Below are positions 13,834 through 27,700 of a DNA stretch of 64,000 nt, piece by piece (the first letter of the stretch is position 1; the number at the start of each line of letters is the position of its first letter). Made by a program: the position numbers and the translations under genes. The stretch lies in assembly GCA_964016885.1 (NCBI GenBank), contig OZ024754.1, forward strand, positions 5,022,001 to 5,086,000, written 5' to 3'. Source of the stretch: Eledone cirrhosa (Eukaryota). Under the pieces are notes generated by a model. That model saw nothing but the letters and a program-made list of their open reading frames with translations, searched no databases and was not told where the DNA came from.

Positions 13834-14486
13834 TTAAACCCCTTTTTACAAAACTGACTGCAAAACTGTTCCTGGTTCTATGATATAAACAGTCAGTTTT
13901 TAAATGTTTTTTAAATATTTATCTAAAAAATATTTTTCCAAACACCAACAGAAATATAATAAATTCCTCCGAATTCTGGATCATTATTTTTAAAATGATT
14001 TGAAAATTATAAGCAGTCTTTCATTTAGAAATATGGTAATAAAAGGATGACCCCTTCTGATAAAAAACTGCCTGAAAACGACCCTGGTTTTGTGATATAA
14101 AATAGCGTTTTAAAATATTTATATTTATCTAAAAACCTTCTACTGTAATATAATTTTATGTAAGAATATTTTGTTCTGAACAACAGCTTAATAATGTCAA
14201 AAATATTTTACTAAATTCCTCTATGTTCTTGATTATTTTCAAAATTACTTGAAGCATACTGACAGTGTCCTTCACAAGAAAAATGGTAATGAAAGGGATA
14301 ATTACGCTGTATATATTTATATAAAACCCTTTCATCATAATTTTATGTAAGAAAATTTTGTTATGTTTTTAATACCAGCTTAAAAATGGCGTTATTGTTT
14401 CAAAATCCCTCTGATTTCTTGATTATTTTCAAAATTATTTGAAACACAAAGACTCTCTTTCATTAGAAATATTCTTAAAGGTTAAT
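13834..14486 (+). mobile_element. Three tandem degraded copies of a second MITE-like family (family D, CCCTTT/AAAGGG-like ends)
   Basis: Shared blocks ATATTTATCTAAAAA, TTTTATGTAAGAA, TTGATTATTTTCAAA, TTTCATTAGAAATAT; related ends near 29209 and 54125. Confidence 0.55.
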
Positions 14487-14856
14487 TACTGAAAAAAAAC
14501 TGAACAATCTCACCATGGTTCCTTGTTGCTAGTCCATGTTTGCAATTTTGGCATGGAGATAATATTTGTCTATGTCATAGGTATGTTATTGTTAGCTTGA
14601 TGTTGTAGCCATGCTGGGGCATACATCTTTATTACACTTACAGAGATGGGGGGGGGGGGTCATTGTCATCTCCAACAGGACAATTTCATGGTCCCGTTTG
14701 TTCTTTTATCTCTGTGGCCGGGTTCTTTACATCTGGTTACCCTCCTGCTGGGAAACCACTTTACAACATGCACTTGGTGGATTTTACCATGCTATAAACA
14801 CTGATTGCTTGTGTGCATACATACATATATACATATATATATATCACCATCATTAT

Positions 14857-15025
14857 AATTGGCAGTATCGGTAGAGAGTCGGACACCATGCTTTGAAGCA
14901 TAGAGTTACGTCCCTTTATGATCTGAGTTCAAATCCCGCCGAGGTTAACTTTGCCTTTCATTCTTACAGGGTCAATAAAATAAAGTACCAGTAATTGCTG
15001 GCCTTGTGCCTAAAATAGAAACAAT

Positions 15026-15028
<3 letters not shown>
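14857..15028 (+). mobile_element. SINE family A
   Basis: Head, B-box, core and tail all present. Confidence 0.85.
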
Positions 15029-15056
<28 letters not shown>

Positions 15057-15487
15057 GTAGGTAGGTAGGGAGAAAGAAAGGATAGATATACAGATAGAAG
15101 GAAAGATAGATAGATAGAGAGAAGGATAGATAGTTAGCTATTTAGAAGGAAAGATAGAGAGATAGATAGATAAGGGAGTGAAGATATGTAATGTAGGTGT
15201 GTATAAATTGACATAGATATTGTGGAAGGGGTTGCTGCCTAGAAAGAATCAGCATGAGGAGCAGTGTGAGGAGGCTGGAAGAGAGGAGGAGGAGGAGGAG
15301 GAAGATAAATAGGTATAGAGAAGCCAGGAGGCTGTAGTCAGTTGGTCAGACATAATGAGGAGGGTGTGGACAGTTGTAAAGGTGATGGATCAATCAATAT
15401 TGCCTATGTCTAGTCTAGCAGCAGTACTGGACTATTTTATTGACCAACTGGAGAAGAGACTGAGTGTAGGAGGGAGGGAGAGACTGA

Positions 15488-16078
15488 GAGACAAGGGAGA
15501 GAGAGAGAGAGCAAGATATGGAGATGTACGAAGGAGAGAGAGAGAGAGGAATGTAAAGGGAAGGAAAGAGAAAGAAAGGGATGGATATAAAGGAGAGAGA
15601 GAGAGCAAGATATGGAGATGTACGAAGGAGAGAGAGAGAGGAATGTAAAGGGAAGGAAAGAGAAAGAAAGGGATGGATATAAAGGAGAGAGAGAGAGAGA
15701 AAGCAAGAAAGAAATGGAGACAGAGATAGCAAGGAATGTAAAAGGAAGGAGAGAGAGAGAGCAAGGAATGGAAACAGAAGGGGTGAGAGAGAGAGGAAGG
15801 GATGGAAATGGAGAGAGAGAGCAAGGAATAGAAAGGAAGGAGAGAGAGAGACCAAGGAATAGGAAAGGAAGGAGAGAGAGAGAGAGAGAGAGCAAGGAAT
15901 AGAAAGGAAGGAGAGAGAGAGAGCAAGGAATAGAAACAGAAGGGGGGAGAGAGAGAGCAAGGAATAGAAATGAAGGAGAGAGAGAGAGAGCAAGGAATAG
16001 AAAGGAAGGAGAGAGAGATAGAGAGCAAGGAATAGAAAGGAAGGAGAGAGAGAGCAAGGAATAGAAAGGAAGGAGAGA
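15488..16078. repeat. GA-rich minisatellite (GAGCAAGGAATAGAAAGGAAG-(GA)n units)
   Basis: Directly visible purine-rich tandem units. Confidence 0.85.
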
Positions 16079-16275
16079 GGGTAGTTTAGCTGGTCAGCCT
16101 ACTGACCATTAGCTAAGGGATTACTACTATTAAGGGATGGCTTAGAATGGCCAAGCCTAACTTGTGGTATGAACCTATCAGGTTACAGATGGAGAAGACA
16201 GCAAGGAACTTTGCTTCATCTCACTGGAGAGGAGACATTGTCAGCAAATGTTTATTTCACCAGAAATTACTTTCA

Positions 16276-17690
16276 CACACAGACACACATACATCCACAC
16301 ACATACATATACAGACTTTCATACATATTCACAGACACACATACATCCACATACATACATATACAGACTTTCATACATATTCACAGACACACATACATCC
16401 ACATACATACATATACAGACTTTCATACATATTCACACACATACAGACTTTCATACATATTCACACACATACAGACTTTCATACATATTCACACACATAC
16501 AGACTTTCATACATATTCACAGACACATACATATACACATACATCCACACACATACACAGACTTTCATACATATTCAGACACACATACATCCACATACAT
16601 ATACAGACTTTCATACATATTCACAGACACATACATATACACATACATCCACACACATACACAGACTTTCATACATATTCAGACACACATACATCCACAT
16701 ACATATACAGACTTTCATACATATTCACAGACACATACATCCACACACATACACAGACTTTCATACATATTCACAGACACATACAGACCCACGCATACAT
16801 ACACATACATCCACATACTTATACACACATACAGAGACTTTCATACATATTCATAGACACATACAGACACACGCATACATACACATACATCCACATACAT
16901 ATACACACATATAGACTTTCATACATATTCATAGAGACATACACACATACATATAGACATACACATACAGACTTTCATACATATTCATAGGCACATATAC
17001 ACACGCATATAATATACACACATACACAGACTTTCATACATATTCATAGACACATACACATATACACACATCTACATACATATTCATAAACACATTCACA
17101 CGCATACACACAGACACACATACATACACAGACACATACATATTCACAGATATATACACACACATTTACAGACAGACTTTCATACATATTCATACACACA
17201 CACATACACATTTACAGACACAGACTTTCATACATATTCATAGATACATTATGCAGAGACATACATATTCACAGGTATACACACATACATTCAGACACAG
17301 ACATTCATACACATACACAAACATATACACACATTTACAGACATACACACACACATAAATTCACTGGCATACACACACATACATTCACTGACATACACAC
17401 ATACATTCACAGACATACACACATACATTCACAGACATACACACATAAATTCACTGGCATACACACACACATAAATTCACTGGCATACACACATACACAC
17501 ACATAAATTCACTGGCATACACACATACACACACATAAATTCACTGACATACACACATACACTCACAGGCATACACACATACATTCACTGGCATACACAC
17601 ATACACATTCAGACATACACACATTCATATTCACAGGCATACACACATTCACCGGTATGCTTACACACACTCACACAGACTGACACTCAC
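16276..17690. repeat. CA-rich minisatellite with ACAGACTTTCATACATATTC anchor
   Basis: Anchor repeated about 20 times, degenerating towards the 3' end. Confidence 0.9.
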
Positions 17691-17878
17691 ACACATGTAT
17701 AAACACATTTGTTCACAAACACACACTATCTGGCAGTTATTCTCTCTCTCACCACCCTCTCTCTCTCGTCACCCTCTCTCTCTCCATCCATCTCACCACC
17801 CTCCCCCTATCTCTCGTCATCCCTCTCACCACCCTCCCCCTATCTCTCATCCCTCTCACGCCCCCCTCTATCGTGCAA

Positions 17879-17917
<39 letters not shown>

Positions 17918-18220
17918 CCACTCTCTCTCGTACCACTCTCTCTTGCGCCTCCCCCTCTCCCTCTCGCGCCACCCTCTCTTTCTCTCTGACAGAAACCAGA
18001 ACATCTACTTTAAGTTTCATCTTTGTTGAGCCATTCAAATCTAATTGTGAATTTCTTGGGGTCAATTTAATCCATCAAATACTCCCCTTAAACTTCTGAC
18101 TTTGTACCTGGGTTAGAAACCTGGGTGAGGGAATTTGTAGAATAGTTTAGTGCACAGTGGTAGTGTTTAGTTATGACTCTTTATATTCTGAGTTCAAATC
18201 TCACCAAGATTTGTAGACAG

Positions 18221-18734
18221 CGTCATGAAACAGTCTTATCTTTTATGACGTCATGAGCCAGTCTTATCTTTTATGACGTCATGAGCCAGTCTTATGTTTT
18301 ATGACGTCATGAGCCAGTCTTATCTTTTATGACGTCATGAAACAGTCTTATCTTTTATGACGCCATGAGCCAGTCTTATCTTTTATGACGCCATGAGCCA
18401 GTCTTATCTTTTATGACGTCATGAGCCAGTCTTATGTTTTATGACGTCATGAAACAGTCTTATCTTTTATGACGTCATGAGCCAGTCTTATCTTTTATGA
18501 CGTCATGATACAGTCTTATGTTTTATGACGTCATGATACAGTCTTATGTTTTATGACGTCATGAGCCAGTCTTATGTTTTATGACGTCATGAAACAGTCT
18601 TATGTTTTATGACGTCATGAGCCAGTCTTATGTTTTATGACCTCATGAGCCAGTCTTATGTTTTATGACGTCATGAGACAGTCTTATCTTTTATGACGTC
18701 ATGAGCCAGTCTTATGTTTTATGATGTCATGAGC
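18221..18734. repeat. 28-bp tandem array, about 18 copies, each with an ATGACGTCAT (CRE) palindrome
   Basis: Unit GACGTCATGAGCCAGTCTTATCTTTTAT; 14 perfect TGACGTCA and 4 single-base variants counted. Confidence 0.95.
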
Positions 18735-18857
18735 GAGTCCTAGGACATGTCACAAGCCAAGTCATAAAACAGTTCTATGATATATTACAGATCAAGTCTC
18801 ATGAAACAGTCTTTCTTATAATGTTGCCAACCGAACCATATATATCTTTTTGCCCTC

Positions 18858-18899
<42 letters not shown>

Positions 18900-18905
18900 T
18901 CTCTC

Positions 18906-18973
<68 letters not shown>

Positions 18974-19667
18974 ATATATAATAAGATCAAAAGATGGTTA
19001 AAAGAGTTCCATGTATTTTATTATGCGCATTTCAAAAACAACTATCATCATGCAATAACATTTGGGTTTTCGTCAGATAAAATAGGGAGACATGATATGA
19101 AGGTTAAAACACACTTGTGAATAGTGCAGTTTTAAATCAACATATATATTCACAGGCATTCATACATATTCATAGATACATTATATTTTTTCATATATAT
19201 ATGTATATATATATATAATCCTGGTATGTTTATATACATTTTTTCTTCTAACTTTAATTTCATACCTACTTGTGTATGGTTGACGATATATTTAATTGAT
19301 CTCCACGTGCTATTGAAATGCTGGGTAAATATTCTATAGCTGTTGATCGCGAATAGATGGCTGTCGTTTATTTATCTATTATTTCTTCATAGGTGCCTTT
19401 TAATCTTATAGCCTGGTTTAATTGTTTTTTTTTTGTGTGGTTGATTATGCTAATTGGGAGAGGAAATGGTGTATATATATTATCAAATGATTCTATGGAC
19501 ATAATTTATAGTATATATATATATATATATATATTTATTTAGGTTTGTTGGTTTACACTTGAGGCCGGCCAACCAGAGTAGAAGATGCTGAATGTTCGGT
19601 CGCCCTCATGTCTCTGATTTTTCAGCCCCATGGATTTTGTCTATTGTATTCCTTTGTTATATTTCAA

Positions 19668-19725
19668 ATACCTGATGATGTCACCTGATTCATACTGAAC
19701 CCGGTCATTGAAATGATCATAGTAT
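19668..19725 (+). ncRNA. Minimal type-I hammerhead ribozyme motif (Penelope-like)
   Basis: ATAC-CTGATGA-[imperfect stem II: ACC/GGT, TTCA/TGAA]-GAAA-TGATCA-TA^GTAT, then AATAAA. Core intact, stem I ATAC/GTAT, palindromic stem III ATGATCAT. Confidence 0.7.
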
Positions 19726-19794
19726 AATAAACCTTTCAAGGAAGTACACCAGTCCAGCCTCCTGTTATTTTATAATATATATATATATATCAGA

Positions 19795-20013
19795 TAGGGT
19801 GTAGTAAAAACCAGCTAGACCATAACCCACCCGAGTACTCAATATCTGGAGTAGTAGAGTGGGTTATATTAAAAAATTCAGGACCCCGACGGCTGAGCTA
19901 GCATTGGTTGTGGTCTCGGAGCTTATAGTCGATCCACTGCTTTCGCCAATGTAACCACTCTGTATTTTACCATATATCGAGTACTTCGCTGATTTGTGGT
20001 CTTCCCAGTCACC

Positions 20014-20060
<47 letters not shown>

Positions 20061-20093
20061 TGATGACTGGGAAGACCACAAATCAGCGAAGTA
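19795..20093. mobile_element. Family P relic (probable Penelope-like terminal repeat fragment) with a 30-bp inverted repeat across (TA)n
   Basis: Homologous to 7275-7385, 24460-24636 and 42211-42430 (GACCATAA..CAC..AGTACTCAA..AGTAGAGTGGG..GGACCCCGACGGCTGAGCT); 19982-20011 is the reverse complement of 20064-20093. Confidence 0.6.
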
Positions 20094-20179
20094 TATATAT
20101 ATAGTTCAAGGAAACAACAAACAGAGGTAGAAAAAGTCTTCTTAGTTTCCTGCTTTATATGGAAAAAGGGAAAGAAAGT

Positions 20180-20212
20180 TTAACGTGTTGGGCTTTAGCC
20201 CTTCTTCAGAGG
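20180..20212 (-). ncRNA. Degenerate hammerhead motif
   Basis: Minus strand CTGAAGA-A-GGGC-TAAA-GCCC-AACA-CGT-TA; GAAA is mutated to AACA. Confidence 0.45.
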
Positions 20213-23187
20213 TACAAAAATAGAGACAGGATCACAAATATATTCATAGTTAATATCACACCTGACACTTAGTTCTTCACTTTTGATTACACCTTGTAAG
20301 TGATGTTGTAACATAGCGTAACATAAACACTCTACTAACCGAAACTGACTGTGTCTGACTGTCTTAAGTTGTTAATTACAGTGTTAACGAAGACATTACT
20401 GATTACAACGATCAGGGGTTGTCAACATTGCTTATAACACTTCAATAAATATTTAGCATAATTAACCTTAGCTGGCTTGATCATCATCATCACCATCACC
20501 ACCACCACCACCACCACCACCATCATCATCACCACCATCATCACCATCATCATCATCGTGTCAACTAGAGCTATCTTAGAAGCCAGAAGAGAGCACAATA
20601 TAATTTAACAGAAAAACAAACAGAAAAAATATATTAACAAAGCAAAATTAATAAACAAAACAAAACAAAACAAAATTTTAATAAAATAAAAATAACAAAT
20701 AAGAATTTTTTTTTTAAATCCTCGACTATTTTTTTTAGGTTTTTTCCTTATTTTTTTTCCTTTAATTTCTCAATTGTTTTTTATATTTATTTTTTAATGT
20801 ATTTAATTTTTACTGTTGTTGTTGTTGTCCCTGTTGTTGTTGTTGTCCCTATTGTTGTTGTTACTGTTGCTGTCCTTGTTGTTGTTGTAGTTGTTATTCA
20901 ACTAAATAATGTAATTGTTGGTGTCACTAAACAACTTGCAAATTGGTTCATAAACTTGATATCCTTAATTTTGTTTTTTTTAGTCCTTTTTTAATGAATT
21001 TTATTTTGTTTTTGTTTTGTGCTTCCCATATTCCATTTTTGGTGCTATATATATATGTGTATATATGTGTGTGTATTTATTTGTGTATGTATGTGTGTGT
21101 ATTTATATGTATGTATGTGTGTGTATTTATATGTATATATGTGTGTGTTTATGTGTATATATGTGTGTGTATTTATATGTATATGTGTGTTTGTGTGTAT
21201 ATATGTGTATATATGCGTGTGTGTATATGTGTATACATATGTGTAAATATATGTATGTGTTACGTTATGTGTTATGTTGTGTCATCAGTTATTCTAACGC
21301 CCACCCAAACCCCTTCCCAGCTCCACCCCCACCTAACCCCCTCCCCACCTTACTCACCATCCTTACCACCTCCACCCACCCACCCAAGTTGATTTAGTGT
21401 TATTCAAAGAGTATCAGTCTTGGCCCAATAAAATAGAAATTTTATACTATTATTTTACTATTGTTTATATTGTTGTTGTTAGTGTTGTTGTTTGCTGTTA
21501 TTAGCATTTTTATCATCATCATCATTGTGGTAGGAAAAAGAACCATGTGTTGTCTAATTCATGTCCCTCCCTCCCCCATCTATTCAACTCTGCTATTATT
21601 ATTATTATTATTAGTAGTAGTAGTGGTGGTGGTAGTAGCAATATTGGTAGTAGTAGGAGTAGTGGTTGTTGTTGTTAAACTACCCAAGCCTCCTCCTCCT
21701 TTTTATTCTCTTGCTGACCCTCCCGCCTTTCAGTTCCACCACCACAGACACTTCATATGGAGGTGGTGTCCGAGACTGTGGTAAGCCACCACCACCATTG
21801 CCACGTTATAGGGAGGGGAGGGGGGTGAGGGTATGTGTCTGAGAGTATGATACTCCACCACCACCGCCATCTTCATATTACATGGGGATGTCCGAGACTA
21901 TGATACACCAACACCACCACTATCTCCATCTCCACATTATATTCGAATGTCCAAGACCATGGCACCACACCACCACCACCAACACCACACCACCGATCCC
22001 ACACCACACCACCACCAACACAACACCACCGATCCAACACCACCAACACCACACCACACCACCAACACCACACCACACCACCAACACCACACCACCAACG
22101 CCACCACTATCTCCATCTCCACATTACATAGGGATATCCAAGACCACCACACCACCAACACCACCACCACCACCACCACCACCACCACCACCATCTCCAT
22201 ATTACATCAGGATGTCCAACACCACCACCACCACCACCCTTTTACTATATAATATATTCATCTATTTTTCTTTTCTTCTATTTTCTCCCCTCCCCTCTAC
22301 AATGCCCCCCCCCCTCCCCCCACACACACACTAACTTCACCCACACACACACTCTTCAACACCCCCCCTCTTCAATCGTCACCTCCTGATTATTATATTT
22401 ACTCCTCCTCCTCCTCTTGTTTCATATTTTTTTAATTTAAACAAATTTTTTTTTTCAAATTCCGCCATTTTAAATTGTTTTTTTTTTTTGTTTTTGCCCT
22501 CCCGCCTCCCCCACACAATTTTGTTGTTGTTGTGGTTTTTTTTTTCATATTTAATTTTTTTTTGTTTTCCAAAATTTATTCTCCTTTATCAATTTAATTA
22601 TTTTGTTTGTAAAGTGTGTATGTGTGTGTACATATATGTGTGTGTATGAGTGTTTGTATTGATGCCTGTGTATGGGTATGTGGCTATATGTATCTCTGTG
22701 TATTTGTGTATCAGTGTGTGGGAATATGGTTATATATCTGTACATGTGTGTACGTGTATAACTATGTATATGTGCGTATGTGTATAACTATGTATATGCG
22801 TGTTTTATAATTTCAAATATTTTCACTCATTAAAACAAAATTTTCTTTTAATTTTATATTTTTTGGGGGGGATTTTTAAAAAAATTATTTTTCAAAATTT
22901 TGTTTTGTGTTTTACACTTTTTTTTTTCTCACTTCTCACTTCTGACTGTTCAATTCATGCAATTATTATTATTATTATTATTATTGTGATGGGTTGGATG
23001 GAATTCATAGAAGAGAAACCTGTAGAGTTTGATTGTCAAATAGTACCATCCCACTTCTAATTAATTAGTAAGGACCGAGGTGACACAGTGGATTGGCAGA
23101 ATTGGTAGAGTATCAGACTAAATACCCTGTGGCATTTGGTTACATCCCTTTAACCCTTTAGCATTTAAACGGAAGCAGAAAGAGGGT

Positions 23188-23221
23188 CTTAGCATTTCGG
23201 ACGCTAGTCCTTCATCGGAGG
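23188..23221 (-). ncRNA. Degenerate hammerhead motif next to a truncated piggyBac MITE end (23150-23170)
   Basis: Minus strand CT-CCGATGA-A-GGAC-TAGC-GTCC-GAAA-TGC-TA-AG. Confidence 0.5.
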
Positions 23222-23267
23222 AAAGAATGAGAAATTAGGTTGAATTTGTTGGATTTTCACTCTGTAA

Positions 23268-24054
23268 CTGGATATACATCCGGAGTTTACCTGGATATAC
23301 ATCCGGAGTTTACCTGGATATACATCCAGAGTTTACCTGGATATACATCCAGAGTTTACCTGGATATACATCCGGAGTTTACCTGGATATACATCCGGAG
23401 TTTACCTGGATATACATCCGGAGTTTACCTGGATATACATCCAGAGTTTACCTGGATATACATCCAGAGTTTACCTGGATATACATCCAGAGTTTACCTG
23501 GATATACATCCGGAGTTTACCTGGATATACATCCGGAGTTTACCTGGATATACATCCGGTGTTTACCTGGATATACATCCGGAGTTTACCTGGATATACA
23601 TCCGGAGTTTACCTGGATATACATCCGGAGTTTACCTGGATATACATCCGGAGTTTACCTGGATATACATCCAGAGTTTACCTGGATATACATCCGGAGT
23701 TTACCTGGATATACATCCGGAGTTTACCTGGATATACATCCGGAGTTTACCTGGATATACATCCGGAGTTTACCTGGATATACATCCAGAGTTTACCTGG
23801 ATATACATCCAGAGTTTACCTGGATATACATCCGGAGTTTACCTGGATATACATCCGGAGTTTACCTGGATATACATCCGGTGTTTACCTGGATATACAT
23901 CCGGAGTTTACCTGGATATACATCCGGAGTTTACCTGGATATACATCCGGAGTTTACCTGGATATACATCCGGAGTTTACCTGGATATACATCCGGAGTT
24001 TACCTGGATATACATCCGGTGTTTACCTGGATATATATCCGGTGTTTACCTGGA
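23268..24054. repeat. 23-bp tandem array, about 34 copies, hairpin-forming unit
   Basis: Unit CTGGATATACATCC(G/A)G(A/T)GTTTAC; the ORF track shows the matching 23-aa period. Confidence 0.97.
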
Positions 24055-24103
24055 CTTCCACCTGGGAATCTTTTCATATCACTGATATTTTCTTTGCTTC
24101 TTG

Positions 24104-24147
<44 letters not shown>

Positions 24148-24341
24148 TCGAAACGTCACAACCACACACTCCACTCTCACCAAGCGTGAAACTGATAATA
24201 TTTGTAACATTTACTCCTGTGTTGGTCTTTTTTTTTTGTTTCTGATATTCCGAACTATATATAATATATATATATATATGTATATGTATATAAATATAAT
24301 ATATATATATATATGTATATGTATATAAATATAATATATAT

Positions 24342-24373
<32 letters not shown>

Positions 24374-24459
24374 GTATATGTATATAGCCAACTAGAGCAA
24401 ATTTAAATCACACAAGTATATATTGAGTACACACACACACATATATATATAACGAAGGA

Positions 24460-24636
24460 AATGTGGTAAGGAACCAGATGGACCATAACGCACCAAAGTA
24501 CTCAATACTTAGGGTAGTAGAGTGGGTAATAGGAAAAAGTAGGACCCCGACGGCTGAGCTCAAGCCATTTCGACGGCTAATTCCAGTCCAGAATTAGCCG
24601 TCGGAACGGCTTGAGCTCAGCCGTCGGGGTCCTACT
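24460..24636. mobile_element. Family P relic with 46-bp-arm fold-back
   Basis: 24538-24583 vs 24591-24636, 2 mismatches, 7-nt loop; arms contain G(A/G)AA-YGGCT-TGAGCTC-AGCCG-TC-GGGGTCC (3' half of a hammerhead). Confidence 0.75.
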
Positions 24637-24638
24637 CG

Positions 24639-24678
<40 letters not shown>

Positions 24679-25930
24679 TATATATTATTTATATACACAC
24701 ATATTATTCACACACACATATATTATACACACACACACCATGATGTATATACCACACTAACGAGGGATTTAAGATATTTATTTCAATAACAATCATTATG
24801 TTGGTTGTTTGTTGTCATCACTATTGTTATTACATCATCGTTAATCATTATTATTAATATTATTATTATTGTAAATGTATTAATTAATGGTTACTGAATC
24901 AATAAAGAGCAGATATCCGCTGTCACTCCGCTGCCACTCCGCTGCTCTCTCTTCACCATCCCCTCATTTCCCTCACTAACAGACGAACAGACATATTATC
25001 AGCATCTTCATCATCTCTTTCCGCCACCACCTCCTCCTCCCTTCACCACACAGACGCGTCGTCATCATCATCATCATTATCACCACCGCCACCCAGACGC
25101 CCCCCACACATCACCACCATCATCACCACCACCATGTCCCCTCCTCCCACACACATCATCTTCATCGCCACCATCATTATCACCCCCCCCCCTCACCATG
25201 TTAATGTATTTCATGTAGAAATGTTCTGTATAGATGAAAGATGGGTCAGTTGATGAGAAGGATATAGTGAGGAGTGGTGGTCATGTGGGTAGTTAGCTAG
25301 CTGGGTAGATAGAGGGGAAAGGGTTCGGGGGGGGTGGCGGAGCCTGGGTCTTTTTTCTTCCCCTTATTTCTGCTTATTTGATTTCCTGTTTTTTTTATTT
25401 CATTTTATTTTATTCTCCATTTTTTTTCTTTTTGTTTTGTTTTGTTCCCCTCCCCACCCTCCTCACATCACCCTCTCCCCCACCCTCCTCACATCACCCT
25501 CTTCCTCCTTGCACCCCACCCCCTGTACCTCATCCCTACCCCACCCCCCTTGCATCATCCCCTCTACCTCACCCCCATTGTGTTCTCCCACCCCCACCTC
25601 TCCTCACCCCCTGTTTTGTCCTCTATTGTTGTGATTGTCCAAACCTCTGTTACCCTGTTAATACCCGCCATTATAACAAGGGTGGGTTACCTTCCACCCA
25701 TACAAAAGTGTGGTTTGTAACAAAACTGTTGTGGGTAGTAGTGAGAGGGGGTTGCTTAACATTCTTAGTCTTTCATCATCCTTTTTATCTCTCTCATCTC
25801 TCTCATCTCATCTCTCTCTCTATCTCTCCTCTCTCATTTCTCTCTCTCTCCTCTCTCATTTCTCTCTCTCTCCCCTCTCTCATTTCTCTCTCTCTCCTCT
25901 CTCTCCTCATTTCTCTTGTCTTCCACTTTA

Positions 25931-25966
<36 letters not shown>

Positions 25967-27700
25967 GTGTGTACCCATCCTTCTGCCCAGTGGTCACTCC
26001 TTTACTCCCACAGTCTCTCAGTTCCTAGGAGTTGCCAAATGAAGCAAATAGTTTGATTTGGAGCAACTCTCCTTCACCCCAGTTATCCACCCCACCTCAC
26101 CCATCCGAGTCCCCACCCACCCACCTACTTAACTACCCCTCGTTCCTATTTTAGCTATCATTTTTTTTTGTCTATATTTCACTTTTTTCTGCTGCTAATC
26201 CACCCACCCAGCCACCCCTCTATCTTCTCTCATCTCTCACACATAGACACACACACACACACACACTCATCTCTCTCACATACACATACATGCATGCACA
26301 CACACTCACATTCACACATACACACATATCCATGCCTTCACTCTCTCTCTCTCACACACACACACATCCATACACACACTCTCTGTCTCTCACATACATC
26401 CATGCACTCTATCACACACATCCACGCATCCACACACATGCATGCACTCTAACACACACACACAGACACCAATCCAGCTAGTCATCATTTCACTTCACTA
26501 ACACCACCACCACCACCACCACCACCACCACCACCACCACCACATGCCTCTGTCTCAGTTCTATTGTGAAGAAAATAGAATGTTTTTAGACTTCTGTCCA
26601 GTAGTACACCCACCCCCCACTACACCTACACCCACATCACATATGCTCCCTACTCCCCCTCTCTCTCTTCCCTCTCTCGCTCTCTCCCTTTCTCCTTCCT
26701 ACTCTCTCTCTCTCTCCTATTGTCTTTTTCTTCCTTTCTTCTCTATAAATCCTTTATGGGACTTTTTTTTAAATATATTTATTTGTTATATTATATTTTA
26801 TTTTATTAATTCGTTCGTTTGTTTTTTTATTTATATTCTTTCTGTTCTTGTTGTTATTGTTGTTGTTCTTTTTCTCGAATTAATCCACCCTCCCACACAC
26901 TTGTCTCTTATTACGTATGTACACACTCACACATACACACTGACACACACACGTACACCATACACATGCTCACACATGCACATGCTCACACTAACACACA
27001 CAATGACACGTATATACACATACTAACATATACATGCTTACACAAATGCATACACATGCTCACACAAACACACACATGCACATACTAATATATATGCTCA
27101 CACTAACATATACACATGCACACATAAACTTGTACAAACACATGCATGCACTAACACAGAGTTTTACACACACACTCACATACTCTGAAAGTTTACTATA
27201 AACATATTAAAAATAATGAAGAAACTAAAAAGATCTTTCTAACAATTTAAAATCTTCCAAAATATCCTAAAATGCACTGAGTCAGTAAATAAACAATCTT
27301 AAAATATATCTTAATTATTATTATTTACCCTAGTGGATTAAAGTACCAGTAATACACTGGAGTAATTGCTGGCTTTGTGCCAAAAGTAGAAACAATTATT
27401 ATTATTGTATATTGGCAGTATTGGGAGAGGGCCTGACTCCATACATTAACAAGACCTCAAAAAGTTGAAGAGACCCCAGGAGACCCAGAACTTTTCTAGT
27501 ACTTTGTTAAAACCACAATATACTATTGAGTGTCTATTTTTATTCTTCTTTAAACATTTCTATTTCTCTACTTCGGTTGTTGGTGTTGTGTGCCCGAGTG
27601 GTAAGGGTGCAGGTGTTATGACCATCAGGTCATAAGTTCAATCCCTAGACTAGTCAGTGTGAGCTGTAACAGGGACATGATAGGACTGGGGTCCCTGTTA

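Noticed and set aside
20060-20093. CTGATGA...CGAAG as another hammerhead
   Set aside because: GAAA and stem III are absent; the CTGATGA arises at the junction between (TA)n and the inverted arm.
18221-24054. CRISPR-like appearance of the palindromic 28-bp and 23-bp arrays (also the 33-bp array at 52150)
   Set aside because: Units are directly adjacent with no unique spacers, there are no cas genes, and the context is eukaryotic.
23240-24245. 281-aa and 228-aa ORFs with a 23-aa repeat
   Set aside because: Arithmetic consequence of a stop-free 23-bp unit; non-ATG starts, the same peptide in all frames, no recognisable protein.
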